Below are positions 62,885-64,000 of a stretch of 64,000 nucleotides of DNA, in pieces. Under the pieces are notes generated by a model that saw only the letters and a program-made list of their open reading frames with translations, ran no database searches and was not told the origin of the DNA. Every line of letters starts with the position of its first letter. Position 1 is the stretch's first letter. The stretch is from Candidatus Parcubacteria bacterium (GTDB lineage: Bacteria; Patescibacteriota; Patescibacteriia; Patescibacteriales; UBA12075). The translations under genes were made by a program, and so were the position numbers. The stretch is taken from positions 4,846-68,845 of the forward strand of contig JAGLYP010000008.1 of the NCBI GenBank assembly GCA_023132155.1, given 5' to 3'.

Positions 62885-63142
62885 TTACACCTGTGTTTCT
62901 TCTAAAATTTGCCGATCATCTTTCTCAAAATGCAAACGCAATTCGTCATACAGTTCTCGCGCCGACACGTCTTTATCGGTTAAATGCCTGACTATCAGAC
63001 GATTTAAAGTAGAATCGCCTCCATTGGCGAAAATATATATTGCCCCCGAAGTTATTCCAATCACGATAAACTTACGCAAAATCGCCAATACGGCGATAAA
63101 ACCGCCCCAAGCGATTATGGTTGAGATTATTGCCACAAGCAT
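62885..63142 (-). CDS. Small two-TM membrane protein, first gene of the island
   Basis: 85 aa with hydrophobic segments VAIISTIIAWGGFIAVLAIL and VIGITSGAIYIFA. There is no obvious SD, and an out-of-frame 32-codon ORF with a strong SD overlaps its start. Confidence 0.45.
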   Translation of the reverse strand: MLVAIISTIIAWGGFIAVLAILRKFIVIGITSGAIYIFANGGDSTLNRLIVRHLTDKDVSARELYDELRLHFEKDDRQILEETQV

Positions 63143-63554
63143 GTGGTTCGCCGCTTAATGCCTGCTCCATATTGCACCACCTCCTTTCTTTCGTTTCTAA
63201 AATTAAAATTGATTTCACATACTGCATTTACGAAAATACAAAATATATAAATTTTTCAATGAACAATAGAAGTCATTTAGCGTTATTTTAATTTTTTAGC
63301 TTAGCTATTAAAACCCTAAATGAATCCATAACTATATATTCTTAGCACTATTTTATTTTATTGTCAAGGGATTTTCAACGCGCATCGTAATCATTCACCG
63401 CCCCAAATACTTTCCCCTAATTTTCTCTTTAATTTTAATTAAAAATATGCTAAAAATAGATATAAACTAAGGATAATATGAAACAGCGAATAATAAAACA
63501 AAGACAAAAACAAGTAATATCAAAACTTAAGTAATGAAAATGCTAAATTGAGAT

Positions 63555-63591
63555 TAAAAAAACAGGCCATATTTTTATGGCCCGTTTTTTT
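63555..63591 (-). terminator. Rho-independent terminator after the thioredoxin-fold gene
   Basis: aaaaaaacaggccatatttttatggcccgttttttt has stem acaggccata/tatggcccgt, flanked by A and T runs. Confidence 0.65.
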
Positions 63592-63609
63592 ATATTAAAC
63601 TAATTTTTT

Positions 63610-64000
63610 TTACTTTTCGCAACCGGCAGTTGTGTTTGAACCTGTTTTATCATAACCGAATCCCGGTGAAGGAGAAGCGGATGACAATTCAGCGCTACAA
63701 CCCTTTGGAGCTTCTTCATAACCGGAACAAATCGTCCTTAAAAGGCTGTCCGCGTCTCTGGCGCTTGAAATTTTAATACCGTTCACAATCAAACCGGGCG
63801 AACCCTTAACTCCGTATTTGACAACATCATCTTTGTTGACATTATATTGGGGAAAACGTCCGGAAGTCCAAGTGTTTTTATCATTATATAATTCGGTAAC
63901 TTTGTATTCTTCATCGCTTGCATTTACGCAAGAAGTTAATTTAGAACGATTAATTCTCGCGCTATCCAAACATTTTTCCGTAGAGTCGGCCTCGCTTAAA
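63610..64000 (-). CDS. DsbA/thioredoxin-fold-like protein, partial (N-terminus beyond window end)
   Basis: The frame is open from 63610 to the window edge (...LSEADSTEKCLDSARINRSKL...). The C-terminal GSPGLIVNGIKISSARDADSLLRTI resembles the DsbA-family PT.viNG.. segment. The track start at 63969 is a TTG and is probably internal. Confidence 0.5.
   Translation of the reverse strand, partial: LSEADSTEKCLDSARINRSKLTSCVNASDEEYKVTELYNDKNTWTSGRFPQYNVNKDDVVKYGVKGSPGLIVNGIKISSARDADSLLRTICSGYEEAPKGCSAELSSASPSPGFGYDKTGSNTTAGCEK

Noticed and set aside
63072-63170. 32-codon ORF (MEQALSGEPHACGNNLNHNRLGRFYRRIGDFA) with a strong SD (aaaggaggtggtgcaat) overlapping the start of the 85-aa membrane ORF in another frame.
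   Set aside because: I cannot decide from sequence alone. The 85-aa ORF has convincing TM helices, whereas the short ORF has no recognisable features. It might be a leader or coupling ORF, so I noted it rather than called it.

Overview
The window is AT-rich and gene-dense, and most genes lie on the minus strand. By inference it looks like a Patescibacteria/CPR-type genome: giant surface proteins, cohesin/dockerin modules, frequent TTG starts and few biosynthetic genes. I recognised no rRNA, tRNA or CRISPR array. There are four blocks.

- **Block 1 (1-31.3 kb), cell-surface locus.** It holds a cohesin protein, Hsp20, a dockerin protein and an FGE/SUMF1-like enzyme. These are followed by three paralogous signal-peptide/C-terminal-TM proteins, two ~350-aa secreted proteins and a 4353-aa protein that all share one C-terminal module. 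A 1756-aa paralogous giant protein completes the block. I read the arrangement as resembling Firmicutes Csc/WxL surface-complex clusters.
- **Block 2 (31.9-37.0 kb), integron-like cassette array.** Short same-strand ORFs are separated by ~100-150 nt imperfect palindromes with RYYYAAC/GTTRRRY-like end boxes and covarying inner boxes (attC-like). No integrase is present in the window. A 62-bp repeat related to these sites recurs at 37.0, 39.1 and 50.6 kb.
- **Block 3 (39.1-50.4 kb), housekeeping genes.** These include a metallophosphoesterase, a permease, a translin-like protein, TrmB, PilB, FtsH and S1.
- **Block 4 (50.7-63.1 kb), best candidate for an undescribed system.** This co-directional island encodes a ThiF/E1-like protein, a JAB/JAMM protein and an E2-like protein. 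It also carries two small proteins with internal GG near the C-terminus, a ClpA/ClpC-type double AAA+ unfoldase with an IGF loop, and three SPFH/flotillin-like paralogs. A prepilin-like protein and a lipoprotein complete it.

All calls come from reading the motifs and repeats by eye. No HMM or BLAST search was run, and repeat coordinates may be off by a few bases.
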